A stretch of 64,000 bases of DNA from Bacteroidota bacterium (GTDB lineage Bacteria > Bacteroidota > Bacteroidia > UBA4408). Made by a program: the position numbers and the translations under genes. Shown here piece after piece: positions 28,555 to 37,632 of this stretch. Numbering within the stretch: the first letter of the stretch is position 1; each line of letters begins with the position of its first letter. The notes below the pieces were generated by a model, which was given only the letters and a program-made list of their open reading frames with translations, searched no databases and had not been told where the DNA came from. Location: contig JAZKHE010000004.1 in assembly GCA_040385525.1 (NCBI GenBank), forward strand, positions 256,787 to 320,786. The letters run 5' to 3'.

Positions 28555-29166
28555 GTGGACTCCACTTCGTTTTTTCTTGTAAAAACTAAAGCCGAAGGTC
28601 TGTTTAAAGATAAAGGCAGTAAGTTTTTTGGTTATATTTTTCCTGTAAAAACCGAAGAAGAAATTAAACAACATTTACAAGATTTAAAAAAAGAACATTT
28701 TTCTGCACGCCATTTTTGCTATGCTTACCGAATTGGAACTGTAAACCTAAAATATAGAGCTAACGATGATGGCGAACCGAGTAATTCGGCAGGAAAACCA
28801 ATACTCGGACAAATTCAATCGCATAACTTAACCAATTGTTTAATTGTAGTTGTGCGTTATTTTGGAGGCACATTATTAGGCGTAAGCGGTTTAATAAATG
28901 CCTACAAAAACGGAGCCATCGAAGCACTAAATGTAGCTCAATTAATTGAACATCAGGTAGAAAATTATTACTTGGTAAAATTTGGTTTTACACAAATTAA
29001 TGATGTAATGCGCGTATTAAAAAACCACAATGCAAGAATCATAAGTCAAAACACCAATTTAGGTTACGAGTTAAACATAGCTATTTTAACAAATAAAACG
29101 GAAGAAACACTCGCTAATCTTAATAAATTACTTAACTTAGATATTGAGTTATTGTATTCTGAATGA
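28555..29166 (+). CDS. yigZ: YigZ/IMPACT family protein
   Basis: 203 aa with the UPF0029 N-domain motifs KGSKFFGYIFPV and DDGEPSNSAGKPIL. Confidence 0.85.
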   Translation: MDSTSFFLVKTKAEGLFKDKGSKFFGYIFPVKTEEEIKQHLQDLKKEHFSARHFCYAYRIGTVNLKYRANDDGEPSNSAGKPILGQIQSHNLTNCLIVVVRYFGGTLLGVSGLINAYKNGAIEALNVAQLIEHQVENYYLVKFGFTQINDVMRVLKNHNARIISQNTNLGYELNIAILTNKTEETLANLNKLLNLDIELLYSE

Positions 29167-30977
29167 AGCTTTTAAAAGCAATTTTATTTTTTCAAATCGT
29201 ATCGTTTCTATTTATAGAGTTTGCAAGCGCACAAAAAAATGTGAGCTTCGAAAAATTTTATGCAATAGATACATTAAAAGCTAAAAGCATAAATTCTACA
29301 ATTGTTTTTGATAGCAATAGAAAAAACCAAATGCTCTCTGAATTAACCAATCAATACAATAGCAATATTGATTTTGTTCTCGATACTTTAGTAAATAGTA
29401 AAACAGCATCACATTATTTATTCAATACATTTTATAAAAAAAATAAAATATACAATTCAACGCTAAAATTAAGTGTGTCGGCCAACGGTAAAATTAATAG
29501 TTGCTATTACAATTCTTATCCTTTACCTGAAAATACTGAGTTTCCTAACTATGATAATTATACTAAAATTATTCCTGCTTTAGATTCTATTCAAAAAATT
29601 AGTGAAGAAAAAGTCTATTTTTTTGATGGACAAACAACAATTCCTGCACTAAAACTTAATGTATTAGAAAAAAACTGGAACAATTTTGAATTAGTAATTA
29701 ACGAACAAAATGAAGTTTTGTATCAAAAAAATTGTAATGCTTACAACCACTCTCCTATCGATTCTTTGGTAAAAGCCTATGTTTTTTTTCCAGACCCATT
29801 AACTTCTTCTCAAAAAAATTATGGAACTCCATATAGTGATCAAAACGATATAGATGTTGCAGAACTAAACGCAGAACGTAAGTTAGTTGATATGCGTGTA
29901 ACCTTTGAAAACGATACGTTTTGGCTGTATAACGATTTTGTAAAAATTGCTGAATTCTCTATTCCCGATGTTGGACCAATTGCTGTAACAACGCTTACAA
30001 CATTTAATTACACAAGAGCTCAAAACGAATTTGAAGATGTAAATGTGTATTATCATTTAAACGAATACAATAAATATTTAAAAAGTTTAGGCTTTACCGA
30101 TTTAGTAAACTATCAAATTCCAGTAGATACACATGGTTTAAATGGACAGGATAATTCTATGTTTTCGCCAGCAACTAACCCTCCGCGTCTATTTTTTGGC
30201 GAGGGTGGTGTTGATGATGCCGAAGATGCCGATGTAATTGTGCACGAATATGCACACGCTATTTCTCACAGCGCTGCACCCAATACAAACAACGGAACTG
30301 AAAGAAAAACACTAGACGAAGCCAATGGCGATTACTTTGCGGCATCTTACTCTAAAAATTTAAATAATTTTAGATGGAACAAAGTGTATTCATGGGACGG
30401 ACACAACGAATATTGGAGTGGCAGATTTGCTTCAAGCAATAAAGTTTATAGCGATTTAACTTTCTTTTCTATTTATAGCCATACCGATATTTGGAGCGCT
30501 ACACTCATGCAAATAGAAAATACAATTGGTAGAAATCGTACACAAGAAATTGTGTTAGAAAGTATGCATCAATACGCATCAAACATTAGCATGGTAGATG
30601 CTGCTTGGCTACTTGTAAAAGCAGATAGTACATTAAACAATGGTGCAAATTACAATTCAATTTGTCCGATAATAAAAGGCAGGGGATTTACAAGTACTTG
30701 TCCGTTAATTGATGGAATTGATGAATTAAAAAACAATACTGATATTATATTGTTAAATACCAATGGCTTTACAAACAATGACGAATGTTTAACCATTCAA
30801 TCTAAAAAAAACAGCATAAAACAAATTGAAATTATTGATGTACAAGGAACTCAATTGCTTTTAAAAAATACAAATACAAGCGCTTACAAGCTTTGCGCAG
30901 AAACATTTTCAAAAGGAATTTACATTTTAAAAATAACAACTAATCAAACCACTTACATTAAAAAAATAATAAAATAA
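29163..30977 (+). CDS. Secreted zinc metalloprotease-like T9SS cargo (HExxH...E gluzincin motif, Por C-terminal domain)
   Basis: Signal peptide ending FASAQ. HEYAHAISH is followed by DEANGDYF, a thermolysin-like third ligand Glu. The C-terminus KGIYILKITTNQTTYIKKIIK is a T9SS CTD. Confidence 0.6.
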   Translation: MKLLKAILFFQIVSFLFIEFASAQKNVSFEKFYAIDTLKAKSINSTIVFDSNRKNQMLSELTNQYNSNIDFVLDTLVNSKTASHYLFNTFYKKNKIYNSTLKLSVSANGKINSCYYNSYPLPENTEFPNYDNYTKIIPALDSIQKISEEKVYFFDGQTTIPALKLNVLEKNWNNFELVINEQNEVLYQKNCNAYNHSPIDSLVKAYVFFPDPLTSSQKNYGTPYSDQNDIDVAELNAERKLVDMRVTFENDTFWLYNDFVKIAEFSIPDVGPIAVTTLTTFNYTRAQNEFEDVNVYYHLNEYNKYLKSLGFTDLVNYQIPVDTHGLNGQDNSMFSPATNPPRLFFGEGGVDDAEDADVIVHEYAHAISHSAAPNTNNGTERKTLDEANGDYFAASYSKNLNNFRWNKVYSWDGHNEYWSGRFASSNKVYSDLTFFSIYSHTDIWSATLMQIENTIGRNRTQEIVLESMHQYASNISMVDAAWLLVKADSTLNNGANYNSICPIIKGRGFTSTCPLIDGIDELKNNTDIILLNTNGFTNNDECLTIQSKKNSIKQIEIIDVQGTQLLLKNTNTSAYKLCAETFSKGIYILKITTNQTTYIKKIIK

Positions 30978-30981
30978 ATTT

Positions 30982-33348
30982 ATGTTTAAAAAATTATCAT
31001 TGTCCTTTTTATTCGCAGTTTACGTTCAGTTTTCATTCGCGCAATTAAATATTACACTTCAAAGTCATTTAGCTTTTCCTACTAAAAAACTATCAAATAT
31101 TGGTGGTTTTAAAGATGCATCAAACAACGAATACGCTTTAGTGGGAACTTCTACAGGTCTTAGTATTGTTGATGTTACCAATCCAACTTCGCCAACAATA
31201 AGGCAAAATGTACCAGGAGATGTTTCTGATTGGCGAGAAGTAAAAACATGGGGCAATTATGCGTATGTTACCACAGAAGGTGGCGGAGGCTTATGTATAA
31301 TTGATTTATCTGTTTTACCTACTTTTCCTGCAACTTACAAATTTTGGGAACCAACAGTTTTGGGCGACCAATTAAACACAATACATGCATTGCATATTGA
31401 AAATGGTTTTGCTTATTTGTATGGTTCTAATATTGGCGAAGGTGGAATTGTAATTGCAGATTTAACCGACCCTTGGAATCCAACTGTAGCAGGAGTTTAT
31501 GACACACGTTATGTACACGACGGATATGTGCGGAACGATACTGTTTATGCTTGCCACATTTTCGACGGATTTTTTTCTATAATTGATGTAATTAATAAAG
31601 CTACACCTGTTGAACATGCTCAGCAAGAAACACCCAATAAATTTTCGCACAATAGTTGGTTAAGCGAAAGCTCACAATATTTATTTACTACCGACGAAGT
31701 TGATAATACCTATTTAACAGCTTACGATGTTTCGGATATTACAAACATTAGAGAAGTAGATCGCATTCAATCGCAACACCCCGGAGAGCAAGCAATAGTG
31801 CACAACACACACATTGTAAAAAAAGTAGGTAGAGAATACGCAGTAACATCTTGGTACAAAGATGGCGTTGTAATAACGGATGTAACGCGTCCGCAAAATT
31901 TAGTTAACGTTGGTTACATTGACGAAAACCCACTATCAGGAGGCGGGTTTGATGGCATTTGGGGAGTTTATCCTTACTTGCCATCGGGTAATTTAGTTTG
32001 TTCGGATATTAATGAGGGTTTATATGTTTATGCACCAACTTATGTGCCCGCTTGTTATTTAGAAGGAAATATTACAGATAACGTTTGCGGAACTGGCGTA
32101 AATAGAGTTAAAATAGAAATCAATGCGATAGCACTTGTTGATAGCACCAACTTTAATGGTGAATTTAAAACTGGCACAACATTACCCGGAACTTATTCTG
32201 TAAGTATTTCAAAACCTGGTTATGTAACACAAGTTATAACTAACGTAGTATTAACAGCTACACAAGTTACTACACTTAATATACAATTAGTTGCATCAGG
32301 AACTATTGCTTTTGCAGGAAACATAGAAGATAATGATGGAAATAAAGTGGCCGGCGTACCTGTTATAATATCGAGTGCAAACAACGATTATAGCTTTACA
32401 AGCAATAGCAATGGCGATTTTAGTAAATGTGGTTTTGTTGGCGATAATTATTCGGTGCAAGCAACAAAATGGGGTTACGATATGCTTTGCTTAACAAGCT
32501 ACACTATAAATAGTACTGCACCAACACATAATTTTACTTTAGCAAAAAAATACAAAGACGATTTTACATTTAATTTAGGTTGGACAACTTCTGCTACAGC
32601 AAGCGCAGGCTTTTGGACAAGAGCAATTCCTAATGGAACATTTGATGGCGGAACACCATCAAACCCGGGTAATGATGTAGGCAACGATTGCTCTAATATG
32701 GCATTTGTTACTGGTAATACTAACTCAACTTCTATTGGTGAAGACGATGTAGATAACGGAAACGTAACACTTACTTCACCCATTTTTGATGTGTCACAAT
32801 ACGGCGAAGCCGAAGTTTATTACTCGCGTTGGTTTTACAATTGCTGTGGAAATGGAGGGCCTTTTAACGATTCGTTAGCAGTTAAAATTAACAACGGAAC
32901 AGAAACTGTTACATTAGAAAGAGTTACCGAAAGCGATTTAGAATTAGCAACATGGGCAGATAAATCGTTTATTTTAAAAGATTATATTACAATTACTCCT
33001 ACTATGAAATTAATTATAACGGCTTACGATGCAACACCAGGACACATTGTAGAAGCAGGTTTCGATAACTTTTTTATAAACGATAATCACCCAGAATTAG
33101 CAAGTATTAAAAAAGAAAATAAAAACAATTCATTAATTTACCCAAACCCAAGTGCGCAAAATTTTACTTTGCAAGCAGTAGAAAAAACACTAGTACAAAT
33201 TGTAGATGTGCAAGGTAGAGTTAAAGAAGAATTTACAATAAATGCTAACGAACAAAAAACATTTGGTAGCAATTATGCCAAAGGAATTTATTTTGTAAAA
33301 ACAATTTCGGCTAACAATATCAACACACAAAAAGTGGTGAAGCAGTAA
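30982..33348 (+). CDS. LVIVD-repeat beta-propeller protein with carboxypeptidase-regulatory-like domains and T9SS C-terminal sorting domain
   Basis: Signal peptide FSFAQ. Repeated motifs YAYVTTEGGGGLCIIDLS, GIVIADLTDP and GVVITDVTRP correspond to LVIVD repeats. The C-terminus KGIYFVKTISANNINTQKVVKQ is a T9SS CTD. Confidence 0.6.
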   Translation: MFKKLSLSFLFAVYVQFSFAQLNITLQSHLAFPTKKLSNIGGFKDASNNEYALVGTSTGLSIVDVTNPTSPTIRQNVPGDVSDWREVKTWGNYAYVTTEGGGGLCIIDLSVLPTFPATYKFWEPTVLGDQLNTIHALHIENGFAYLYGSNIGEGGIVIADLTDPWNPTVAGVYDTRYVHDGYVRNDTVYACHIFDGFFSIIDVINKATPVEHAQQETPNKFSHNSWLSESSQYLFTTDEVDNTYLTAYDVSDITNIREVDRIQSQHPGEQAIVHNTHIVKKVGREYAVTSWYKDGVVITDVTRPQNLVNVGYIDENPLSGGGFDGIWGVYPYLPSGNLVCSDINEGLYVYAPTYVPACYLEGNITDNVCGTGVNRVKIEINAIALVDSTNFNGEFKTGTTLPGTYSVSISKPGYVTQVITNVVLTATQVTTLNIQLVASGTIAFAGNIEDNDGNKVAGVPVIISSANNDYSFTSNSNGDFSKCGFVGDNYSVQATKWGYDMLCLTSYTINSTAPTHNFTLAKKYKDDFTFNLGWTTSATASAGFWTRAIPNGTFDGGTPSNPGNDVGNDCSNMAFVTGNTNSTSIGEDDVDNGNVTLTSPIFDVSQYGEAEVYYSRWFYNCCGNGGPFNDSLAVKINNGTETVTLERVTESDLELATWADKSFILKDYITITPTMKLIITAYDATPGHIVEAGFDNFFINDNHPELASIKKENKNNSLIYPNPSAQNFTLQAVEKTLVQIVDVQGRVKEEFTINANEQKTFGSNYAKGIYFVKTISANNINTQKVVKQ

Positions 33349-33370
33349 GTTTTAAAAATAATTCTATATA

Positions 33371-33398
33371 AAAACTCCGCCATGAGCGGAGTTTATTT
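33371..33398 (+). terminator. Rho-independent terminator after the T9SS cargo gene
   Basis: AAAACTCCGC-catga-GCGGAGTTTATTTG: a GC-rich stem, a 5-nt loop and a U-rich tail. Confidence 0.7.
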
Positions 33399-33505
33399 GC
33401 TTAGGCAAAATTAAATTTGATACATTGCTAAAAAATACTACTTTAGTATAATAATACTTTTACTATCTCATCATTAGTTATATAAAAAAACTCTTAAATA
33501 TTAAA

Positions 33506-34426
33506 ATGACTAGTAAAATAGCGAAACCATTTTTAAAATGGGCTGGTGGAAAAACTCAGTTAATTAATGAAATTGAAAGGTCTTTGCCTTTTGAAATTAC
33601 TAATAATAAGTTTACTTATGTCGAGCCTTTTGTAGGTAGCGGAGCTGTTTTGTTTTGGATGTTAAGTAAATTCCCAAACTTGGAAAAAGCAATAATAAAC
33701 GACATTAATGCTGATTTAATAAACACTTATAATGTTATTGCTGAAAAACCAAAAAAAATAATTAAGGAACTAAAACAATTACATGAAAAATATCATTTAC
33801 TTAAAAATAATGAAACTAAACAATTAGAGTATTATTTAGAAAAAAGAAAATTATATAACACAAGAAATGAAAATAAAATAATGCAAGCTGCTTTATTTAT
33901 TTTTCTCAATAAATCTTGTTTTAATGGTATCTATAGAGTTAATAGCAAAAATGAATTTAATGTACCAAAAGGAAGCTCAGTCACACCACCAATTTGTGAT
34001 GAAGAAAATATACTTGCTGTGAGCCAAGCATTAAAAAAAGTTACGATTTTATCAGGTGATTATCAAAACACATTAGATCATACATCAGAAAACACTTTCT
34101 TTTATTTCGATCCTCCATATAAGCCATTAAGTAAAACCTCTAGTTTTAATTCTTATACAAAAGAAAATTTTGATGATGCAGAGCAAATACGTTTAAAAGA
34201 ATTTTGTGTTAAAGTTGAACAATTAGGGCATAAATGGATGATGAGTAATTCTGATGTTAAAGGAAAAGATAATTCTGACGATTTTTTTGATGAATTATAC
34301 GCTAAATTTAAAATAGAACGTGTTCAAGCAAAAAGAAGTTTAAACGCACATGGTGATAAAAGAGGAAAACTAAGTGAATTATTAATTACAAATTATAATT
34401 ATGAACAAGCTTTGCAAACTGCTTAA
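33506..34426 (+). CDS. DNA adenine methyltransferase, alpha class (Dam / M.DpnII(DpnM) / M.MboIA-like)
   Basis: 306 aa. The N-terminus KPFLKWAGGKTQLINEI is followed by motif I (VEPFVGSGAVLFW). The TRD comes next, then motif IV (FFYFDPPY). Confidence 0.9.
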   Translation: MTSKIAKPFLKWAGGKTQLINEIERSLPFEITNNKFTYVEPFVGSGAVLFWMLSKFPNLEKAIINDINADLINTYNVIAEKPKKIIKELKQLHEKYHLLKNNETKQLEYYLEKRKLYNTRNENKIMQAALFIFLNKSCFNGIYRVNSKNEFNVPKGSSVTPPICDEENILAVSQALKKVTILSGDYQNTLDHTSENTFFYFDPPYKPLSKTSSFNSYTKENFDDAEQIRLKEFCVKVEQLGHKWMMSNSDVKGKDNSDDFFDELYAKFKIERVQAKRSLNAHGDKRGKLSELLITNYNYEQALQTA

Positions 34427-34432
34427 TCTGCA

Positions 34433-34966
34433 TTATATCTCAAGAATACCATTATAAAATTTAGCTCTTCCACTTGCATGCCAATAAGTAACATCCTGTT
34501 CAATGAAAAGCCATTTAATTAATTTTAAAACAAGCTCTATTGGAAATCCAATTGTAAAATTAAGTGATGTCATTTCTTCATCTGTAACATTTTGACAGTT
34601 ATAAATTTTATCTATTACGTTTTTAACTTTTGCATATTCGTTTATGTTTTCTTCTTTTTTTGCTTTTAAGTCAGAGATAATAGTAACATGCTTGGGCCTT
34701 GATCGAACTTTAACATAAACATTTTCTGTTCTAAAATTAAAGTTTTTTGCATGTATTTCAAAATCCATTCCTTTGTTTAATGGGGCTGGTCTTTTTAAAT
34801 AAATTTCAATACCACAAGCTGTTTTTTCAACATTATAAAAATATCTTGCAGTTAATTCACCAATTCCTGTACCAGGATTTTCTTGTAAAAAAAGATTAAT
34901 GATGTTTTTTCTTATGGAAATTCTATCGTTTCCTATTGCTGTTGTGGTTAAATATGTTTCTGCCAT
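34433..34966 (-). CDS. Hypothetical protein, second gene of putative restriction-endonuclease bicistron (translationally coupled: TAAaATG)
   Basis: 177 aa counted from the ATG at 34964-34966; the six-frame track ORF instead runs 34433..34978 (181 aa) from an upstream TTG. It has no recognisable motifs. Its start lies 1 nt after the stop of the PD-(D/E)xK ORF. It sits within the R-M island, co-oriented with the C-protein gene. Confidence 0.35.
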   Translation of the reverse strand: MAETYLTTTAIGNDRISIRKNIINLFLQENPGTGIGELTARYFYNVEKTACGIEIYLKRPAPLNKGMDFEIHAKNFNFRTENVYVKVRSRPKHVTIISDLKAKKEENINEYAKVKNVIDKIYNCQNVTDEEMTSLNFTIGFPIELVLKLIKWLFIEQDVTYWHASGRAKFYNGILEI

Positions 34967-34967
34967 T

Positions 34968-35489
34968 TTATAATCCAATCTCTTCTAATGGCAATATCTC
35001 AATGAAATATTTACATCCAATACTTTTAATGTATTCAAAAACATCTCTATTAGATTCCTGTTCAAACCATCTGTTTAAGACATAATAAAATTCAACATTT
35101 ATACCTATGGGATTAAATAACTTTTGGTATTGTTTCTTTTTGAAATCGCAAGTCTGTAATTTTTCATCAACAGATCCCGCACCTGCTTGGTATTTCTTTT
35201 CAATTATAAAAAGTGTATCTCCCACCAATAATGCCCCATCGGGCAATAATTTTTTGCTTAATACTGTTTTATAGTTTATACCCTTAGGCTCCAACAGTTT
35301 TTTATATAGTCCGTTTTTTTCAAAATATTCAGCAACTACTAAATTGCCCTTAACGACTTCATCATTTTCATTTAACTGATAAATTGGATGTTGTCTTATT
35401 GCTTCTCTTAAATCAGTTCTTCCTTCAAATTGAAGTCCGTTTATATTAGTTCTTGCTCCTCCTCCAACCGTGTTAGGTATTTTTGCCAT
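34968..35489 (-). CDS. Putative Type II restriction endonuclease (PD-(D/E)xK-like)
   Basis: 173 aa. The candidate catalytic motif is PDGALLVGD...LFIIEKK, i.e. PD...(D/E)xK spacing. It lies directly downstream of an XRE-HTH controller gene and between two DNA MTase genes. Confidence 0.45.
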   Translation of the reverse strand: MAKIPNTVGGGARTNINGLQFEGRTDLREAIRQHPIYQLNENDEVVKGNLVVAEYFEKNGLYKKLLEPKGINYKTVLSKKLLPDGALLVGDTLFIIEKKYQAGAGSVDEKLQTCDFKKKQYQKLFNPIGINVEFYYVLNRWFEQESNRDVFEYIKSIGCKYFIEILPLEEIGL

Positions 35490-35492
35490 GAT

Positions 35493-35747
35493 TTAGAATT
35501 TTAATAAATCGGAGATTGTTAACCCAAAAGAACTAGCAAAGATTTCAATATTTTTCAAAGACAAATTTCTTTCTCCTCGTTCAATCATACCAATATAGGT
35601 TCTGTGAAATCCAGTTTGGTCTGCTAATTCTTCTTGCGACCATTTATTTTGAAGTCTTAGCTCTCTAACTTTTTCACCAAACTTTTTAACTATATCTTTT
35701 TTCACGAAACAAATTTGAGTAAATGAACACAAAAAGTCTACATACAA
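35493..35747 (-). CDS. R-M controller (C) protein, XRE-family helix-turn-helix
   Basis: HTH region KKFGEKVRELRLQNKWSQEELADQTGFHRTYIGMIERGERNLSLKNIEIFASSFG is typical of C.PvuII/C.EcoRV-type controller proteins. It is first in the operon ahead of the nuclease. The exact start is uncertain (TTG at 35747 or an internal GTG). Confidence 0.7.
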   Translation of the reverse strand: MYVDFLCSFTQICFVKKDIVKKFGEKVRELRLQNKWSQEELADQTGFHRTYIGMIERGERNLSLKNIEIFASSFGLTISDLLKF

Positions 35748-36051
35748 TTAGTATCATTTTGAATTTTTTTGTACTTTTGTTTCTAGAATCTATACATCTT
35801 AAAATGAAATTTGATACAAAAGGGAGCAAAAGCTTAAATTATAGCATCTCCAAACTAGAGCTCTACCTAAAAAATGTGTCTAGTGATGCAAAATGGCTTT
35901 ATAGTGGTTTAATCGTTGAAATTGATCCAACTATTGATTATTCTAATTCGAATGTTTTAATACGTTGGACTGATATTGATGAAGAGTTTAATGATAAAAT
36001 AATCATAAATTCGCTTAAACAATTTAAAACAAATTTTAGAATTATTAATTA

Positions 36052-37356
36052 GTGCTGAATCCTTATTTTAAATCCAAAGACAAAAATTTTTATCTTTTAA
36101 AAGGAGATACAATGGATATTTTGCCAAAGTTTGATCATAAGTTTGATATGGTTTTTGCTGATCCGCCTTACTTTTTATCTAATAATGGTCTATCTATTCA
36201 AAGTGGAAAAATTGTTAGTGTAAACAAAGGCAAATGGGATAAATCTGAAGGATTTGACTATGTAAACAATTTTAACAGAAAATGGCTTTCATTAGTTAGA
36301 GATAAAATGAAAGATGATGCTACAATTTGGATTAGCGGTACGCTGCATAATATATTTTCAGTTGGTCAAATTTTAACAGAATTAGATTTTAAAATTCTGA
36401 ATGTAATTACTTGGGAAAAAAATAACCCGCCGCCTAATTTTTCTTGTCGTTTTTTTACACATTCAACCGAACAAATAATTTGGGCTAGGAAAAGTGAAAA
36501 GGTTCCTCATTATTACAATTACGAATTAATGAAACAATTGAATGACGACAAGCAAATGAAAGATGTTTGGAAATTACCTGCAATTGCCCCTTGGGAGAAA
36601 AGTTGTGGTAAACATCCAACTCAAAAACCACTTTCGGTTTTAACTCGTTTAATTTTAGCGTCAACAAAACCAAACGCATGGATACTTGATCCTTTTACAG
36701 GAAGTAGTACAACAGGTATTGCTGCTAATTTGGCAAACAGACGTTTTTTAGGAATTGACCAAGAAGAAGACTTTTTAAAAATAAGTAAAAACAGAAAATT
36801 AGAAATTGAAAACTCAATTAAAGCCGAATCATATAGAAACAAAATTTCGGGTTTTATTGATAAAAAACAATTTTCACTATTTGTTGAAAATGAAAAACCA
36901 ACAACAGAAGTAAAAGTTGCACTTGCTTTTTGCCGTTCTAAAGAACTTAAAACATTAAAGACAAGTAAAACATTTTATTTTCATGCAATTGAAAGTAATA
37001 ATGTTGTTAAAGACTTTCCATCAGGTATTCTTGATGCTACAAGACTTTTAATTTATTCGGGAGGAAGAAGTAAACCTATAAATTTGACAGGCCATTATTC
37101 TGAAATAAAATCTATTGAATTAAAACACAAATCAAAAATTAAAGGCAAAGAAAAATCTGAAACAGAATTTTATTATGAAATAATTTTAGAGGATTGCTTC
37201 AAAGAATCGTCAGAATTGAAGTTTACAATTAATCCAAAAAAATTATTTGAAAAATCAGATGACAAAAATTTTAAACTGCTACAACAATATTTACCAGCAT
37301 TAACAACGTGGGATAGAGTAAATAAATCAATAGATAAGTCTAACGTCAAAACTTAG
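36052..37356 (+). CDS. DNA methyltransferase, beta class (N6-adenine/N4-cytosine; DpnA/M.MboIC/M.HinfI-like) with ~170-aa C-terminal extension
   Basis: Motif IV comes first (LLKGDTMDILPKF...FDMVFADPPYFLSNNG). Motif I follows later (WILDPFTGSSTTGIAA). This is the circularly permuted beta-class order. The start is GTG at 36052. Confidence 0.85.
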   Translation: MLNPYFKSKDKNFYLLKGDTMDILPKFDHKFDMVFADPPYFLSNNGLSIQSGKIVSVNKGKWDKSEGFDYVNNFNRKWLSLVRDKMKDDATIWISGTLHNIFSVGQILTELDFKILNVITWEKNNPPPNFSCRFFTHSTEQIIWARKSEKVPHYYNYELMKQLNDDKQMKDVWKLPAIAPWEKSCGKHPTQKPLSVLTRLILASTKPNAWILDPFTGSSTTGIAANLANRRFLGIDQEEDFLKISKNRKLEIENSIKAESYRNKISGFIDKKQFSLFVENEKPTTEVKVALAFCRSKELKTLKTSKTFYFHAIESNNVVKDFPSGILDATRLLIYSGGRSKPINLTGHYSEIKSIELKHKSKIKGKEKSETEFYYEIILEDCFKESSELKFTINPKKLFEKSDDKNFKLLQQYLPALTTWDRVNKSIDKSNVKT

Positions 37357-37465
37357 CGTTTGCGTTTTCAACGCGGACGAAATATAAAAGCCTTTATAAC
37401 GCTTAAAATAAACTCAAAAAAACATTCAGTTTTTTTTTCTCAAAAATTTAAAATACATTTGTAAC

Positions 37466-37560
37466 GATTCTTATGGGGTGCTGTTTCTCTTTTTACCGAA
37501 ACGGCTGAGATTATACCCATTGAACCTGATTCGGGTAATGCCGGCGAAGGGAATGGAAGG
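37466..37560 (+). promoter_or_regulatory. TPP (thiamine pyrophosphate) riboswitch, THI element
   Basis: GGGGTGC...CTGAGATTATACCCATTGAACCTGATTCGGGTAATGCCGGCGAAGGGAA matches the THI-box core (CUGAGA...ACCC...AACCUGAUCUGGAUAAUGCCAGCGUAGGGAA) nearly position for position. A TAcaTTTG -7 box at 37454-37461 sits immediately upstream. A downstream hairpin TAGCAACCCCAGTTGCTA may be the expression platform. Confidence 0.85.
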
Positions 37561-37632
37561 TGAAACTTAAGATAAAGTTAGTAGCAACCCCAGTTGCTAA
37601 CCAAGTTTAACCAAATGTAAGAAATCGATACA

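Noticed and set aside
35723-36052. 109-aa plus-strand ORF between the C-protein gene and the beta-class MTase
   Set aside because: It overlaps the 5' end of the controller gene on the opposite strand and occupies the expected C-box/promoter region. The sequence is AT-rich and low-complexity. It is kept only as a possibility, mentioned in the R-M finding, and not annotated.
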